A DNA stretch of 63,918 nt, filler included, from an uncultured bacterium (GCA_964609495.1; 3 parts of 3 records of this genome joined end to end with filler, not necessarily neighbours in it), one strand, 5' to 3'; counted from the whole stretch's first letter, positions 37,448 to 48,995 are shown. The notes: generated by a model not told the origin, from the letters alone. Numbers and translations are program-made.

Positions 37448-37876
37448 TCAGCTATTCCTATTCACTAACTCTATTCTTCGAACTGTATCATCGATCCAAG
37501 TCAGCTCTATCCTAATATATTCCTCAGGCAATAGTAGCTCTATCTTCTCCGCCCATTCGATGATCGTTACTCCATCTCCATAAAAGTAATCCTCAAATCC
37601 CAGATCGAACATCTCCTCGATATTTCTCAAGCGATAGACATCGAAGTGATAGAGAGGATATTTACCCCGATATTCATTTATCAGCGTGAAGGTGGGGCTA
37701 TTGACCGTCTGATCAGAACGAACCTCCAATCCCTCAGCTATGCCTTGAGTTAAGCATGTCTTCCCAGTTCCCAAAGATCCGATAAGGGCTACCACATCGC
37801 CTGGCTTCAATCTCCCACCTATCCGTCGCCCCAAATCATGAGTCTCAGTTGGACTCTTAGTCACATAAATTGTCAT
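37448..37876 (-). CDS. tsaE: TsaE ATPase
   Basis: GSLGTGKT, NSPTFTLINEY, HFDVYRL, IEWAE. Confidence 0.95.
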   Translation of the reverse strand: MTIYVTKSPTETHDLGRRIGGRLKPGDVVALIGSLGTGKTCLTQGIAEGLEVRSDQTVNSPTFTLINEYRGKYPLYHFDVYRLRNIEEMFDLGFEDYFYGDGVTIIEWAEKIELLLPEEYIRIELTWIDDTVRRIELVNRNS

Positions 37877-37887
37877 TTCTGCTTCTA

Positions 37888-38829
37888 CTATAGCCCTGGA
37901 GGAAATAGTCTGCTAATGCTAGTGCGTTCATGAATGGACAAGATAGCCTCCCCAAAGAGAGGGACTACAGATAAAACCTCGATCTTTTCGCCTAACTCCC
38001 CAGAAGAATGTTCTATAGTGTCGGTGATAATCAGTTTCCTTATCGGGCTATCGTTGATCCTCTCTACCGCCCCGGCGGAAAGAACCCCATGGGTTACTGC
38101 CGCTTGGATATCACAAGCTCCTTTGCGCTCCAGCACCTTAGCGACTTCCACTAGGGATCTACCTGAGATGGTGAAATCATCCACTATCAAAGCGTTCTTT
38201 CCTTCCACCTCTCCTATTACCTGAAGTATCTCCGCTCTTTCATCATGTCTAGGTCGCTCTTTAGTGCCAATAGCAACTGAAGCGGATAGTTGAATAGCAT
38301 ATTTACGCGCTTGTTTTCCAAAGCCAAGGTCAGGGGAAACAACGACTAGATCGTTATCCATACCCTCTTCTTTAAAGCGATCGCATATCACGGGAAGAGC
38401 ATATAGATGATCCACTGGAATCTTGAAGAAGCCTTGAATCTGAGGACTGTGGAGATCCATCGTCAGAACCCTATCAGCTCCTGTCACCTCTATAGCATCT
38501 GCGCAGACTCTAGCTCTAATCGATACCCGAGGCTCGTCCTTCTTATCTCCTTTAGCATAACTGAAGAAGGGCACCACTACCGTCACCTGATCGGCGCTCG
38601 CCCTCTTAAAGGCGTCTATCCAGAAGAGAAGCTCCATAAAGTTATCGTTTACTGGATAACATATCGACTGAACTATAAATATATCACGTCCTCTGACGTT
38701 CTCCTTTATCCTTACGAATATATTCCCCTCGGAGAAATTTATAGTCTCCGAATCCCCCAATTCGATCTTTAAATATTCGCATATCGCTTTAGCTAATTTG
38801 TGACTGGCGCTTCCTGCAAATATCTTCAC
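37888..38829 (-). CDS. prs: Ribose-phosphate pyrophosphokinase
   Basis: ENVRGRD, MDLHSPQIQGFF, VVSPD.G, THGVLS. Confidence 0.92.
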   Translation of the reverse strand: MKIFAGSASHKLAKAICEYLKIELGDSETINFSEGNIFVRIKENVRGRDIFIVQSICYPVNDNFMELLFWIDAFKRASADQVTVVVPFFSYAKGDKKDEPRVSIRARVCADAIEVTGADRVLTMDLHSPQIQGFFKIPVDHLYALPVICDRFKEEGMDNDLVVVSPDLGFGKQARKYAIQLSASVAIGTKERPRHDERAEILQVIGEVEGKNALIVDDFTISGRSLVEVAKVLERKGACDIQAAVTHGVLSAGAVERINDSPIRKLIITDTIEHSSGELGEKIEVLSVVPLFGEAILSIHERTSISRLFPPGL

Positions 38830-38837
38830 TCTTCTTT

Positions 38838-39704
38838 TTACTCCGCCAATTTATAAGCTGATATTACCCGTTCTATCTCGGAATAGTCCTCGATAACCTC
38901 CAATTTCGAAAAGCCATCTCCTCGCAAAAAATCCTTCACTTCCTCCGCCTGTCCATATCCTACCTCTAAGGCGATCGCTCCTCCATAGGATAGAAGTTCA
39001 AAAGCCTGTCTGGATAAGGAACGGATGAGCTTTAATCCCTCTTTATCACCATCCAGGGCTAAATCGGGTTCATAATCGCGCACCTCTGGAGGAAGATCCC
39101 CCATCTCCTCTCTGGAGATATAGGGCAGATTAGCAACCACTAAATCGAGTGAAATATCTTGCAGAGGATCAAGAAGATTCCCTTCCAGAAATTCGATCTT
39201 ATCCGAAACTCGGTGAAACTCCCCATTTCTTTGCGCTACCTCTAAAGCTGAGGAGGAAATGTCCAGAGCGTATATCGAGCAATCCGAGCTCAGATATTTC
39301 GCCAAGCTTATAGCTATAGCTCCGCTTCCGCATCCCACATCTGCTATGGTAATATATCCTTTCTCCTTGCCGATTTGTGAAGTTATCTTCAAGCCTTTTT
39401 CCACCAGGAACTCCGTCTCAGGTCGAGGTATAAGGGTGCTCTCATTAACGAAGAACTTGAGACCCATAAATTCCTTATAACCGATGAGGTAAGCTACAGG
39501 CTCCCTCTTCTCCCTTCTCTCGATAAGAGCCTTAAAGGTCTCAAGATCTACCTCAGCAAGAGGAGAGGAAAATTCGATATATAACTGAACTCGTTCCGAA
39601 TTCAGAATGTGTTTTAATAGCACCTCAGCGTCTAAACGAGCGCTATCGATTCCCTTGTTCTCCAGACGCGTTGTTGCCCATCGTAAAGCTTCGCTTATAG
39701 TCAT
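38838..39704 (-). CDS. prmC: Release factor glutamine methyltransferase
   Basis: LIPRPETE, DVGCGSG, NLPY; adjacent to prfA. Confidence 0.95.
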   Translation of the reverse strand: MTISEALRWATTRLENKGIDSARLDAEVLLKHILNSERVQLYIEFSSPLAEVDLETFKALIERREKREPVAYLIGYKEFMGLKFFVNESTLIPRPETEFLVEKGLKITSQIGKEKGYITIADVGCGSGAIAISLAKYLSSDCSIYALDISSSALEVAQRNGEFHRVSDKIEFLEGNLLDPLQDISLDLVVANLPYISREEMGDLPPEVRDYEPDLALDGDKEGLKLIRSLSRQAFELLSYGGAIALEVGYGQAEEVKDFLRGDGFSKLEVIEDYSEIERVISAYKLAE

Positions 39705-39710
39705 AAGGAT

Positions 39711-40778
39711 TTAAGCCGCTTGTCCCAACTTCTCAGCTTGATCAGCCGCCCTCAAGCTATCGATCAGTTCATCTATATCCCCGTTCAATATCGATCCTAG
39801 TCGATAGAGGGTAAGGTTGATACGATGATCGGTCACTCTATTCTGAGGAAAATTATAGGTCCTGATCTTCTCGCTCCTATCACCGGACTTTATCTGCGAT
39901 CTCCTCTCCTCAGTTATCTTCTCATGCTGTTCCTCTTCCTTAACAGCGAGGAGTCTGGAGCGCAGGACTTGCATCGCTCGGGCTTTGTTCTTGAGCTGAG
40001 ATCTCTCATCCTGACAGGAGACGACTATCCCCGAGGGAAGATGAGTGATACGCACTGCTGAGGCGGTCTTGTTCACACACTGACCACCTGGTCCAGAGGA
40101 ATGGAAGATATCGATCTTCAAATCTTTGGGATCGATATCCACCTCGACCTCCTCAGCTTCAGGAAGAACTGCGACTGATGCGGCTGAAGTGTGGATTCGT
40201 CCGCTAGATTCGGTAACTGGAACGCGTTGGACTCTATGCACTCCACTCTCGAATTTGAGCCTACTATAGGCCCCTTTTCCTTCTACAAGGAAGATGATCT
40301 CTTTAAACCCACCTATTCCGGTAGGATTGGAGTTCAGAACCTCTATCTTCCACCCCATCCGCTCTGCATAGTAGCTATACATTCGGAATAGATCCGCGGC
40401 GAAGAGAGCGGCCTCCTCCCCTCCCGTTCCTGCTCTTATCTCTACGATAGTATTCCTTTCATCATGGGGATCTTTAGGGAGAAGAGCAACCTTTAACTCG
40501 TGAATAAGTTCCTCTTTCTTATCCTCTAGCAGGTCTAACTCATCCTGAGCCATCTCCTTTAGCTCTTGATCCGATTCCTCCTCCAATATATCTTGAACCC
40601 CAGCGATCTCTGCCTCAATGTTCTTATAATCCCTATATTTGTTCACAACTTCCTCTAATTGAGAGAGTTCTCGAGTATACTTCTGATATTCACCTTGATT
40701 GGAGATGATCTCGGGATCGCTCAGCAACTTGATAATTTCGTTATATCTATCTTCAATAGATTGTAGTTTCTCGATCAT
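39711..40778 (-). CDS. prfA: Peptide chain release factor 1
   Basis: PVT anticodon motif, [13 protein letters not shown]. Confidence 0.97.
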   Translation of the reverse strand: MIEKLQSIEDRYNEIIKLLSDPEIISNQGEYQKYTRELSQLEEVVNKYRDYKNIEAEIAGVQDILEEESDQELKEMAQDELDLLEDKKEELIHELKVALLPKDPHDERNTIVEIRAGTGGEEAALFAADLFRMYSYYAERMGWKIEVLNSNPTGIGGFKEIIFLVEGKGAYSRLKFESGVHRVQRVPVTESSGRIHTSAASVAVLPEAEEVEVDIDPKDLKIDIFHSSGPGGQCVNKTASAVRITHLPSGIVVSCQDERSQLKNKARAMQVLRSRLLAVKEEEQHEKITEERRSQIKSGDRSEKIRTYNFPQNRVTDHRINLTLYRLGSILNGDIDELIDSLRAADQAEKLGQAA

Positions 40779-40875
40779 TTTAATCCAACCTATGATTATA
40801 GTCGAATGGAGAAGAAGAATCTCCCTTAACCCCTCTATAATAGGTAAGAGATCTTCTCCTGCTCTCTCTAATTCA

Positions 40876-41774
40876 TCACTCGACGGAAGTTAGAGAACCT
40901 TCTTTGACACTAATAGCCGCATTTAAAGCCGCTATGGCCACTTCTATCTGATCATCAGTTGGCTCCCTAGTGGTCAATTTCTGTAACCACAGTCCGGGGA
41001 GGGTGATCCAATGAACAACTTTCGAATCCCTATTCTTCCCCGCCCAGCGAATAACCTCGTAAGATAGACCAGCGATTACGGGAAGAAGAAGTATGCGGGA
41101 GGTTATCCGTAATAATATCCCCGGCTTTCCCAACAGGGAAAAGATGAAGATGCTAATTACAAGGACGAAGAGAAGAAAAGCAGTTCCACATCTAGGATGA
41201 AGACAACTATACCCCCGCGCTTCTTCAACAGTTAGTGGCCTACCCGCCTCAAAAGTATATACGGTCTTATGCTCCGCCCCATGATATTGAAAAATACGCT
41301 GAAAATCCTTGTAACGAGAGATAATTATCAGATAGAGCAGAAAGATTAGGATGCGGATTATCCCCTCCAGGAGGACTGAGACCCAGGCGTGCTGTATTCC
41401 AAAATCAAGACGCCGGACGATCAATACCGGCAGAACCGCGAATAACACCACTGCTAAACCTATGCCAGCCAGCATCGTGAGAGCAAGGGTAGTGTCGCTT
41501 AACTTCTCTTCTTCCTCCTCCAAGGCTTGGCTTGCCGAGTAGGAAATACCTTTTAAACCTAGCACTAGTGATTCTATGAGAATCACCACTCCGCGAATGA
41601 GAGGACGCTTTCTCCATCTTTGCTTGGAGGAATCAAGGACTTGTNNNNNNNNNNATGGATAGCTATCTGACCATTATTCTTGCGGACTGCGATAGCGTAT
41701 CCCTCCGGAGCGCGCATCATCACTCCCTCAATTACCGCCTGTCCTCCCACATTGAAATTTTTCTTTCTATCCAA
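40876..41774 (-). CDS. DUF1385 (YqhQ-like) membrane protein; one gene split in the ORF track by a 10-N scaffold gap at 41645-41654
   Basis: [12 protein letters not shown]-terminus; [21 protein letters not shown]. Confidence 0.88.
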
Positions 41775-41821
41775 GAAACTCCACTTCCTCTATTAAAATA
41801 TAAATCACTTGATTCCCTGGT

Positions 41822-42445
41822 TCATCGCCCCGATTTCCGCTTTCCATCCTCTAAACTTCCCTTCTTTCCCGGAACCTCATGGCAACGACGACATCTAGCC
41901 TCATATACATCCTGAGCCCCTACTAGGATCACTGGATTATTATAATGAGCTGGCTTGCCATCGATGAGACGCTGAGTTCTGGTAGCTGGGTCACCACAGA
42001 TCACGCAGATAGCCTGTAATTTATCGACATATTCCGCTATAGCCAGCAGGTGAGGGACTGGGCCAAAGGGCTCTCCCCGGAAATCCAAATCCAGTCCAGC
42101 AACGATCACCCTTTTACCCTCATCAGCCAATTTTTGACAAAGCTCTATGATACCCTCATCCAGGAATTGCATCTCATCTATAGCTACTACCTCGACTTCC
42201 GAGTTGATCTTACTGGCTATATCACTTGAAGTTCTCACGCTTATAGCCTCTATCTGGCGACCATCATGAGAAGCTATATTTTGCTCAGAGTATCGGCTAT
42301 CGAGCTCTGGCTTGAATACCTGAACCTTCTGTTTAGCCAACTGAGCCCTTCTGACTCGACGTATCAGCTCCTCACTCTTGCCGGAGAACATACTACCGCA
42401 TATCACCTCTATCCAACCTGAACTATGTCTGGGTGGTAATTTCAT
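41822..42445 (-). CDS. tdk: Thymidine kinase (start chosen at 42445 after GGAGGGGG)
   Basis: [37 protein letters not shown]. Confidence 0.95.
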   Translation of the reverse strand: MKLPPRHSSGWIEVICGSMFSGKSEELIRRVRRAQLAKQKVQVFKPELDSRYSEQNIASHDGRQIEAISVRTSSDIASKINSEVEVVAIDEMQFLDEGIIELCQKLADEGKRVIVAGLDLDFRGEPFGPVPHLLAIAEYVDKLQAICVICGDPATRTQRLIDGKPAHYNNPVILVGAQDVYEARCRRCHEVPGKKGSLEDGKRKSGR

Positions 42446-42671
42446 CCCCCTCCTCTCCCGCTCTCTCGGAATCTTCCAATCCATATTTCTTCCTGAATCT
42501 CTCTACCCGACCACTAGTGTCTATTATCTTCTGCTGACCCGTGAAGAAGGGATGACACTTGGAGCAAAGCTCCACCCTTAGATTCTCTTTAGTAGAGAGA
42601 GTTTCAAAGGTCTCCCCACAAGCACAGGTAACAGTGGTTTTGAATAGTTTGGGATGGATCCCCTTTTTCAT
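42423..42671 (-). CDS. rpmE: 50S ribosomal protein L31 (Zn-binding type)
   Basis: [27 protein letters not shown]. Confidence 0.97.
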   Translation of the reverse strand: MKKGIHPKLFKTTVTCACGETFETLSTKENLRVELCSKCHPFFTGQQKIIDTSGRVERFRKKYGLEDSERAGEEGDEITTQT

Positions 42672-42810
42672 AATTTCACCTCTTTTCGGTCATCGAACCT
42701 CTATTTTGCTATATATTATTATATTCTCAGGCTTCTGAATAGTTTCAAAAATCCTGGTGGTATAATAGCCTCCTAAAACTAGAAATACTATAATCACATC
42801 TAAACCCAAT

Positions 42811-42850
42811 TCTAGCTAAATGCGAGCCTAGTGACTTACATTTAGCTAGA
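42811..42850. terminator. Hairpin downstream of the LysM-M23 gene
   Basis: TCTAGCTAAATG ... CATTTAGCTAGA 12-bp inverted repeat. Confidence 0.4.
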
Positions 42851-42884
42851 TCATAGTCACTTTTGGGATTTTGAAGAAAAATGA

Positions 42885-44660
42885 TTATCTCAGAAAAGAA
42901 AGTGGATTAAGAGCTTTTCCATCTTTCCTTATCTCAAAGTGGACATGTGGTCCAGTTGCCCATCCAGTGCTCCCCACCTTAGAGATAGCCTGTCCCTTCT
43001 TCACATAGTTACCTTTTCTCACCAGAAGCTGAGAGTTATGCGCATATCTCGTAGTATAGCCATCTCCGTGATCTATGATTACTATATAGCCATAATATCT
43101 CATCCAGCCAGAGTATATAACTTTTCCCTCCCGAGAAGCCTGCACAAGAGTTCCGGTAGGAGCTGCTAGATCGATCCCCGTGTGGAAATATTTACCTCTC
43201 CAGCCAAAGCCGGATGTCAGCCTCCCCTTTATAGGCCATCCAAACTTAGTATCTGAGGATCGTTCAGAGCTTCGAGAGGGACTCACCACCTCTTCCTTCC
43301 CAGAAGATGTCTTGAGTTTTACACCAGGGATAAGTAGCATCTGACCTAGAGATAATCTGCTAGGGTTGCTCAAGTTATTGGCCTCAATGATCTCGCTTAT
43401 CTTGATTCCGTAGGATTGAGCTATCAGAGATAGATTCTGTCCTTGCTGAACCTTATGCATAACCCCTTTTGCAGGAGGAATATTCAATTCCTGTCCGACT
43501 CGCAAGGAATTGGGATTTCTCAGATTGTTGGCGGCCAGAATGGTGTCTTCATCTAAACTATACTCTCTAGCTATCAACCACACGGATTCCCCGGGTCTTA
43601 CCTTATGAACCACGATCCCTGTTCTTTGAGAACTCTTTTGACCTGCAGTGAGGAAAGGATCGATGATGAGCTTCTGACCGATCGAGAGGATACCCCTGGT
43701 ACTTAGATCATTAGCCGCACATAAGGAGGAGATGCTGATATCATACTTTCTAGCTATAGTCCAAAGAGATTCCCCCGAATGGACCTCGTGAATAACCTTT
43801 TGTATCTTAGGTTTAGTAATATCGCCAGCTCCCTCCTCTAAAGTAGCTCTTATCTGAGCCAGCTCCTTCACCGTCTCGGAGTTCAACTTCCTCCCATCTT
43901 TGAAACCAACGATCAGTTTCTGACCGATACTTAAAGTGCTTGAAGTACTTATAGAGTTAGCATCCGCCAGAAACTCTACTGAAGTATTGTATCTCCGAGC
44001 TATCGTCCACAAACTATCGTTCTTCGCCACTGTGTAGAAAGCGATATTTTCTACGGGTAGAGTTTTCTCTCCAGGAACATCCATCTCCGTTAGGGAAGGG
44101 GTTTCAGGCTGAACTATAAGGAGTTTCTGACCTATCCTAAGAGTATCAGATAAGTTAAGCTTGTTAGCCTTCGCTAATTCTTCCACCGTGGTCCCGTATT
44201 CCTTCGCTATCGTCCACAAACTATCGCCCTCCGCCACTATATAGTAGGTGACCTCCCCCTCATCGGTACCATCATATTCCCCGAGTTGTTGAGGTTGAGC
44301 AATAACTAATTTCTGTCCACCTCTCAATTCCTCGGTAAGCTTAATCCCATTGGTCTGAACCAGAATCTCGGGAGCAATTTTATAATTCTCCGCTATAGAT
44401 TCTAAGGTCTCCCCCTCTTTAGCAATATGTATTATAGCTTCTCCCTCATCTATATCTTCTTCTCCAATCTCTGGTTCCACCTCTATAGGCTCCCCTAGAG
44501 GTTTGACTGGCTTCCCCTCACCAGCACTGCCAAGGAGTAGAGAAAAGATAGATATTAAAAGAGTAGGAATGAGCAATAACTGAGAAAGGCGCTTTGAGAG
44601 GGGGCGAGAGATCGATTGTGATCCCTCTCCTCTTACCCTCCTTTTTCCCCTCTTGTTCAT
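42885..44660 (-). CDS. Six-LysM peptidoglycan-binding M23 metallopeptidase
   Basis: Six Y/H.V..G(D/E)SLW.IA repeats; HTGID, YAH, TGPHVHFE. Confidence 0.92.
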   Translation of the reverse strand: MNKRGKRRVRGEGSQSISRPLSKRLSQLLLIPTLLISIFSLLLGSAGEGKPVKPLGEPIEVEPEIGEEDIDEGEAIIHIAKEGETLESIAENYKIAPEILVQTNGIKLTEELRGGQKLVIAQPQQLGEYDGTDEGEVTYYIVAEGDSLWTIAKEYGTTVEELAKANKLNLSDTLRIGQKLLIVQPETPSLTEMDVPGEKTLPVENIAFYTVAKNDSLWTIARRYNTSVEFLADANSISTSSTLSIGQKLIVGFKDGRKLNSETVKELAQIRATLEEGAGDITKPKIQKVIHEVHSGESLWTIARKYDISISSLCAANDLSTRGILSIGQKLIIDPFLTAGQKSSQRTGIVVHKVRPGESVWLIAREYSLDEDTILAANNLRNPNSLRVGQELNIPPAKGVMHKVQQGQNLSLIAQSYGIKISEIIEANNLSNPSRLSLGQMLLIPGVKLKTSSGKEEVVSPSRSSERSSDTKFGWPIKGRLTSGFGWRGKYFHTGIDLAAPTGTLVQASREGKVIYSGWMRYYGYIVIIDHGDGYTTRYAHNSQLLVRKGNYVKKGQAISKVGSTGWATGPHVHFEIRKDGKALNPLSFLR

Positions 44661-44742
44661 AGATAGATTCTCCCCTTTCGCATTGATTTAACCCAGTCAA
44701 TCTGCCCACTTCGAAATCGAATAGCATCCCCCCTCTGTTCCT

Positions 44743-45999
44743 TTAATCTAACTTGGAACTATTGGCCATCAAAATCATAAAATCCTTATTACTATTTGTC
44801 TGACGAAGTTTATCTATCAATAGCTCGGAAGCTTCCAAGGAATTTAGAGAATCGAGACTCCTCCGCAAAGCCCAGATCTTCATAAGATCATCGGGAGGTA
44901 GAAGCAATTCTTCCTTACGAGTCCCCGATTTTTGAATATCTACTGCGGGGAAGACTCTCCTCTCAGCTAGCTTGCGGCTCAAGCTTATCTCCCAGTTTCC
45001 AGTTCCCTTGAACTCCTCGTAGATCACATCATCCATCCTACTCCCCGTCTCAATAAGCGCGGTAGCGATGATCGTTAAACTTCCTCCCTCCTCCACATTG
45101 CGCGCGGCCCCGAAGAAACGTTTAGGACGATGAAGAGCAGTTGGATCAAGTCCCCCGGAGAGAGTCCGGCCACTGGTAGGAATGATCAAGTTATGAGCTC
45201 GCGCTAATCGAGTAATGCTATCGAGCAGGATAACCACATCTTTGCTATACTCCACGAGGCGTTTAGCCCTCTCCAAGACCATATCAGCCACCCTGACGTG
45301 ATTGGTAGGAAGCTCATCGAAGGTCGAGCTTAATACCTCTCCCTTCACCGATCTCTCCATATCGGTTACTTCCTCAGGCCGCTCATCCACCAAGAGGACC
45401 ATAAGATGAATATCGGGATAGTTGGTCGTTATGCCATTAGCGATATTCTTAAGGAGAGTGGTCTTACCAGCCATAGGAGGAGCAATGATCGTCCCCCTCT
45501 GCCCTCTCCCCAGAGGAGCGATCATATCGATCAGCCGAGTAGAGATCTCATCAGGCGTGGTCTCCAGCACCATCCTATCCATAGGATAGATAGGCGTTAG
45601 CTTCTCAAAGCTCCTTCTCCTCCTAGCTAACTCCGGATCGGCTCGATTTACGGCTTCCACTCTTAACAGAGCGTTGTAATTCTCGTTCTCCTTAGGAGAT
45701 CTCACTTGTCCAGAGACCAAATCCCCGGTCATTAAGCCGAAACGCTTTATCTGAGTAGGAGAAACATAGATATCCTCTTGACTAGGGAGATAATTCTTAC
45801 CTCTCAGGAAGCCATATCCGTCGGGTAGCACTTCCAGGACTCCCTCTCCGAAGAACAATCCAGCTTTATTAGTCTGGGCCTCCAGAATAGCGAAGACGAG
45901 TCCCTTCTTCTCCATCCTCTCAACGTTGGGGATATCCAATTGATGAGCTATATCTGTAAGCTCCGGTAATGGTTTAGCCTCTAATTCTGCTATATCCAC
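44743..45999 (-). CDS. rho: Transcription termination factor Rho
   Basis: [30 protein letters not shown]. Confidence 0.98.
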   Translation of the reverse strand: MDIAELEAKPLPELTDIAHQLDIPNVERMEKKGLVFAILEAQTNKAGLFFGEGVLEVLPDGYGFLRGKNYLPSQEDIYVSPTQIKRFGLMTGDLVSGQVRSPKENENYNALLRVEAVNRADPELARRRRSFEKLTPIYPMDRMVLETTPDEISTRLIDMIAPLGRGQRGTIIAPPMAGKTTLLKNIANGITTNYPDIHLMVLLVDERPEEVTDMERSVKGEVLSSTFDELPTNHVRVADMVLERAKRLVEYSKDVVILLDSITRLARAHNLIIPTSGRTLSGGLDPTALHRPKRFFGAARNVEEGGSLTIIATALIETGSRMDDVIYEEFKGTGNWEISLSRKLAERRVFPAVDIQKSGTRKEELLLPPDDLMKIWALRRSLDSLNSLEASELLIDKLRQTNSNKDFMILMANSSKLD

Positions 46000-46163
46000 A
46001 AGATCACCTCTTGCTTGGCAAGAGTAAAAAGGTACTCTCTCTAATTACCTTTAGTCGGAAATTATTTACTCTCTAACCAAAAGTCCTCTTTATTATATCG
46101 AATTAAGTTTGGGAAGGCATATCCGGAAAGTATCTCTAAGGGAGAGATATCTTAACTATGAGT

Positions 46164-46191
46164 ATTATAACATTTATTGGGGGATTGTCAA
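46164..46191 (-). promoter_or_regulatory. Promoter for rho
   Basis: TTGACA-16-TATAAT on the minus strand. Confidence 0.6.
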
Positions 46192-46211
46192 GCATCATTT
46201 TCAAAGATCGC

Positions 46212-48164
46212 TCAGTTCCCATCGATCTCTTTCCTAACTGCCAAGGCCACTATCTTTTCATAACAGCCGATCTTCTGAAGTAATTTCCAAGAATTATCCA
46301 CCCTGTATATCCAACCATCGAAGCCGTAAGCAAGATAGAAGCTTTCCCTATCAGAGGCTATATGGGAGAGAGAGCCAGATCTTTCACTTCGGAACTCCTC
46401 AGTCTCAAAGGTATCAACTAATTCTCCCCCTCCATCTAGCTTCCTCACCTTAGAGTTCTTGACATCCACCACATATAGGAAATCATCTTTGTCAACTGCC
46501 ATATTTCCTATCCTACGCAGAGGTTGTCCATCATCCCCCCTAACTTTGAGTTCCTTAACGAAGTGCCCTTGCGAACTGAACTTTTGAATTCGCCCATTAT
46601 CCCTGTCCACCACGAAGACATAGCTCGCACTATCTATCGCTAAAGCAGAGGGGGTTTTAAATTGTCCTTCCCCGCTTCCCCTCTCTCCGAAGCTCAAGCG
46701 ATATATACCTTCCTCGTCGAATTTCTGGATAGAATGAGTCTCCCCATCAGCAACGTAGACGAATCCTTCTTCATCTAAGGCTATGGCTGAAGGAGAGAGA
46801 AATTCCCCCTTCCTAGTCCCATATCCTCCGAACTTCAAGAGAAGACGACCTCGGGAATCATACTTCTTAACCATTCCCACCCCGCCTCCTGACATCGCGG
46901 TATCATCGAAGGTTATGATATAGATATTACCTTCAAGATCGACGGCTATCCCCGTAGGAACTTTGGAGAACATGTTGCTCCCTACCCCATAATTCCCAAA
47001 ACCTCTTATCAGGTCTCCCTCTAAACTATACTCTCGGATCATATCCTTGCGAGTATTGAGAACCACAAATATCTTCTCTGGAGCCTCCACTATCCTTCTC
47101 AATCCTACCGCGGTCGCCCCTGCTTCGAAGTCCTCCAAATCTCTGAGAACATCTTCTATAGATTCGTATCTTTCCTTGAGATCCTTCCTTAGCATCTTGA
47201 GTATTATCGCTTCTATCGCCGCTGACATTTCGGGATTTATCGCCCGAGGGGGTCGAGGATCATCATAGATGTGTCGATGCATAACGGTCATATCATCACC
47301 CTTAAAGGGCAAAGTTCCAGTTAGCATTTCGTATAGGATAAGTCCCAGCGAATATATATCGGCCTGAGGGCTCACCTTATCACCCCTAGCCTGTTCTGGA
47401 GACATATAAATCGGAGTCCCCAACCTGGCTCCGGTCACTGTAAAACCGGTAACAATCTGATCTCTGGCTACGCCTAAATCCATCAGCTTCGCAGTTCCAT
47501 CCCTGATGATCATAATATTGCTGGGCTTTATATCACGATGGACGATCTTGCGTCTATGCAGATGGGCCAAAGCCCCCCCGATCTGTTTCATTATGTCTAA
47601 AGCTTCCGTAATAGATAAAGTTTTCTTCTGTTTAAGTATATTATCCAAGGTTACCCCGTCCAGAAACTCCATAGCCATATAGAGAGTATCCCCAGAGCCA
47701 GTACTGCTGCTGTCTAAAACCTTTACTATATTAGGATGGGATACATTCTGAGATATCCTAGCCTCTCGACGAAACCTCTGCACGAACTGAGGGATATGTA
47801 TAAATTGCTCAGAAGGGATCTTCAAAGCGGCAACGATATCAAGATTATCCTCTCCGATCCCCATCGCTTTATAGACCGTCGCCATACCTCCACCGCCTAT
47901 CCTCCCCACGATCTTCCAATCACCAATGATCTTCCCTATATATCTCTTAGAATCAGGAGTTGATTTACGAGAGGTTATAGTTAAAGTGCCATCCTTAAAG
48001 GTGTGTCCCTTCTTAGTGGGTAAAGGGCGGCTAGCTCTGATAGTTCTATCGCCCCTAGCTAACTTTCTTCTAGTAGAGATCATTACTAAGATTACAATAA
48101 CTAAAATTATCCCTATACCAACTGCGGCCACAACAATTAAATTGGAATCTGGCATATACCTCAC
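46212..48164 (-). CDS. Hanks-type Ser/Thr kinase with N-terminal TM anchor and C-terminal NHL beta-propeller
   Basis: GGGGMATVY, HRDIKPSN, DLG, GTPIYMSPE; NHL repeats F..P..IA.D..G.VYV.D. Confidence 0.9.
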   Translation of the reverse strand: MRYMPDSNLIVVAAVGIGIILVIVILVMISTRRKLARGDRTIRASRPLPTKKGHTFKDGTLTITSRKSTPDSKRYIGKIIGDWKIVGRIGGGGMATVYKAMGIGEDNLDIVAALKIPSEQFIHIPQFVQRFRREARISQNVSHPNIVKVLDSSSTGSGDTLYMAMEFLDGVTLDNILKQKKTLSITEALDIMKQIGGALAHLHRRKIVHRDIKPSNIMIIRDGTAKLMDLGVARDQIVTGFTVTGARLGTPIYMSPEQARGDKVSPQADIYSLGLILYEMLTGTLPFKGDDMTVMHRHIYDDPRPPRAINPEMSAAIEAIILKMLRKDLKERYESIEDVLRDLEDFEAGATAVGLRRIVEAPEKIFVVLNTRKDMIREYSLEGDLIRGFGNYGVGSNMFSKVPTGIAVDLEGNIYIITFDDTAMSGGGVGMVKKYDSRGRLLLKFGGYGTRKGEFLSPSAIALDEEGFVYVADGETHSIQKFDEEGIYRLSFGERGSGEGQFKTPSALAIDSASYVFVVDRDNGRIQKFSSQGHFVKELKVRGDDGQPLRRIGNMAVDKDDFLYVVDVKNSKVRKLDGGGELVDTFETEEFRSERSGSLSHIASDRESFYLAYGFDGWIYRVDNSWKLLQKIGCYEKIVALAVRKEIDGN

Positions 48165-48982
48165 CCTTGATCGTCAAGATTTGCTTGGTTATAGAGAGTC
48201 TCATTTAACTCGTCAAAAGGCACCACGATAACTGTTATATTATCGATGCCACCTCTCTTGTTCGCCAGATCCACCAAGATATCACAAGCCTTCTGAGACT
48301 TATGAGAGGTGGCTATCTCGCTTATCTCATAAGCGGTAACTAAGTTAGATAATCCATCACTGCATAGAACGAGGATATTATCTGGGGCAATTTCCTTCAC
48401 CGAAAAATCTACCTTCACCTCATTTCTCGATCCCAGCGCCCTCGTAATAACATTTCGCCAGGGATGGGAAAAACTCTCCTCCTCGGTGAGAAGACCACTT
48501 TTTACCTGCTCAGCGACCCAGGAGTGGTCCTCGGTGAGCTGATCTATCCCATTATCCCTTATCAAATAAGCCCTACTATCGCCCACATGCGCTATATATA
48601 ACTCATCACTTCGAACTATCGCGGCGGTCAGGGTAGTCCCCATACCCCTATACTGCTGATGCTTGAAGCTCATAGTGTATATCTCGGAATTAGAGATAGT
48701 AAAGGCTCTCTTAAGACCCTCTAAAATAGAATCGCTCGAATGTCTGCTATCTCTCCTCAGGGTAGAGGAGAGAACCTTCTGCAAAGTCTTCACCGCAAGA
48801 GAGCTAGCCATCTCCCCGGCGGCATGTCCACCCATTCCGTCCGCCACCGCAAATAAAAATTCTACATTTTCTCGACTGAACCAGGGAGGAGAGATATTAG
48901 CTATACAATAGTTATCTTCATTGACCTGTCTAGCTCTTCCCACATCGGTTCTTACTCCGACCCTATCCTCCGGCTTGATCAC
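48161..48982 (-). CDS. PP2C-family Ser/Thr phosphatase (PrpC/Stp1-like)
   Basis: R..NED, VADGMGGH, GDSRAY, CSDGL, DNIT. Confidence 0.95.
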   Translation of the reverse strand: MIKPEDRVGVRTDVGRARQVNEDNYCIANISPPWFSRENVEFLFAVADGMGGHAAGEMASSLAVKTLQKVLSSTLRRDSRHSSDSILEGLKRAFTISNSEIYTMSFKHQQYRGMGTTLTAAIVRSDELYIAHVGDSRAYLIRDNGIDQLTEDHSWVAEQVKSGLLTEEESFSHPWRNVITRALGSRNEVKVDFSVKEIAPDNILVLCSDGLSNLVTAYEISEIATSHKSQKACDILVDLANKRGGIDNITVIVVPFDELNETLYNQANLDDQG

Positions 48983-48995
48983 CGTTTTCCACCTC

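Noticed and set aside
41583-41774. Apparent frameshift or pseudogene in DUF1385
   Set aside because: The break coincides with a 10-N scaffold gap, and both sides read as one intact gene
42446-42484. N-terminal extension of tdk from 42484
   Set aside because: Lies within rpmE; the ATG at 42445 has a strong RBS
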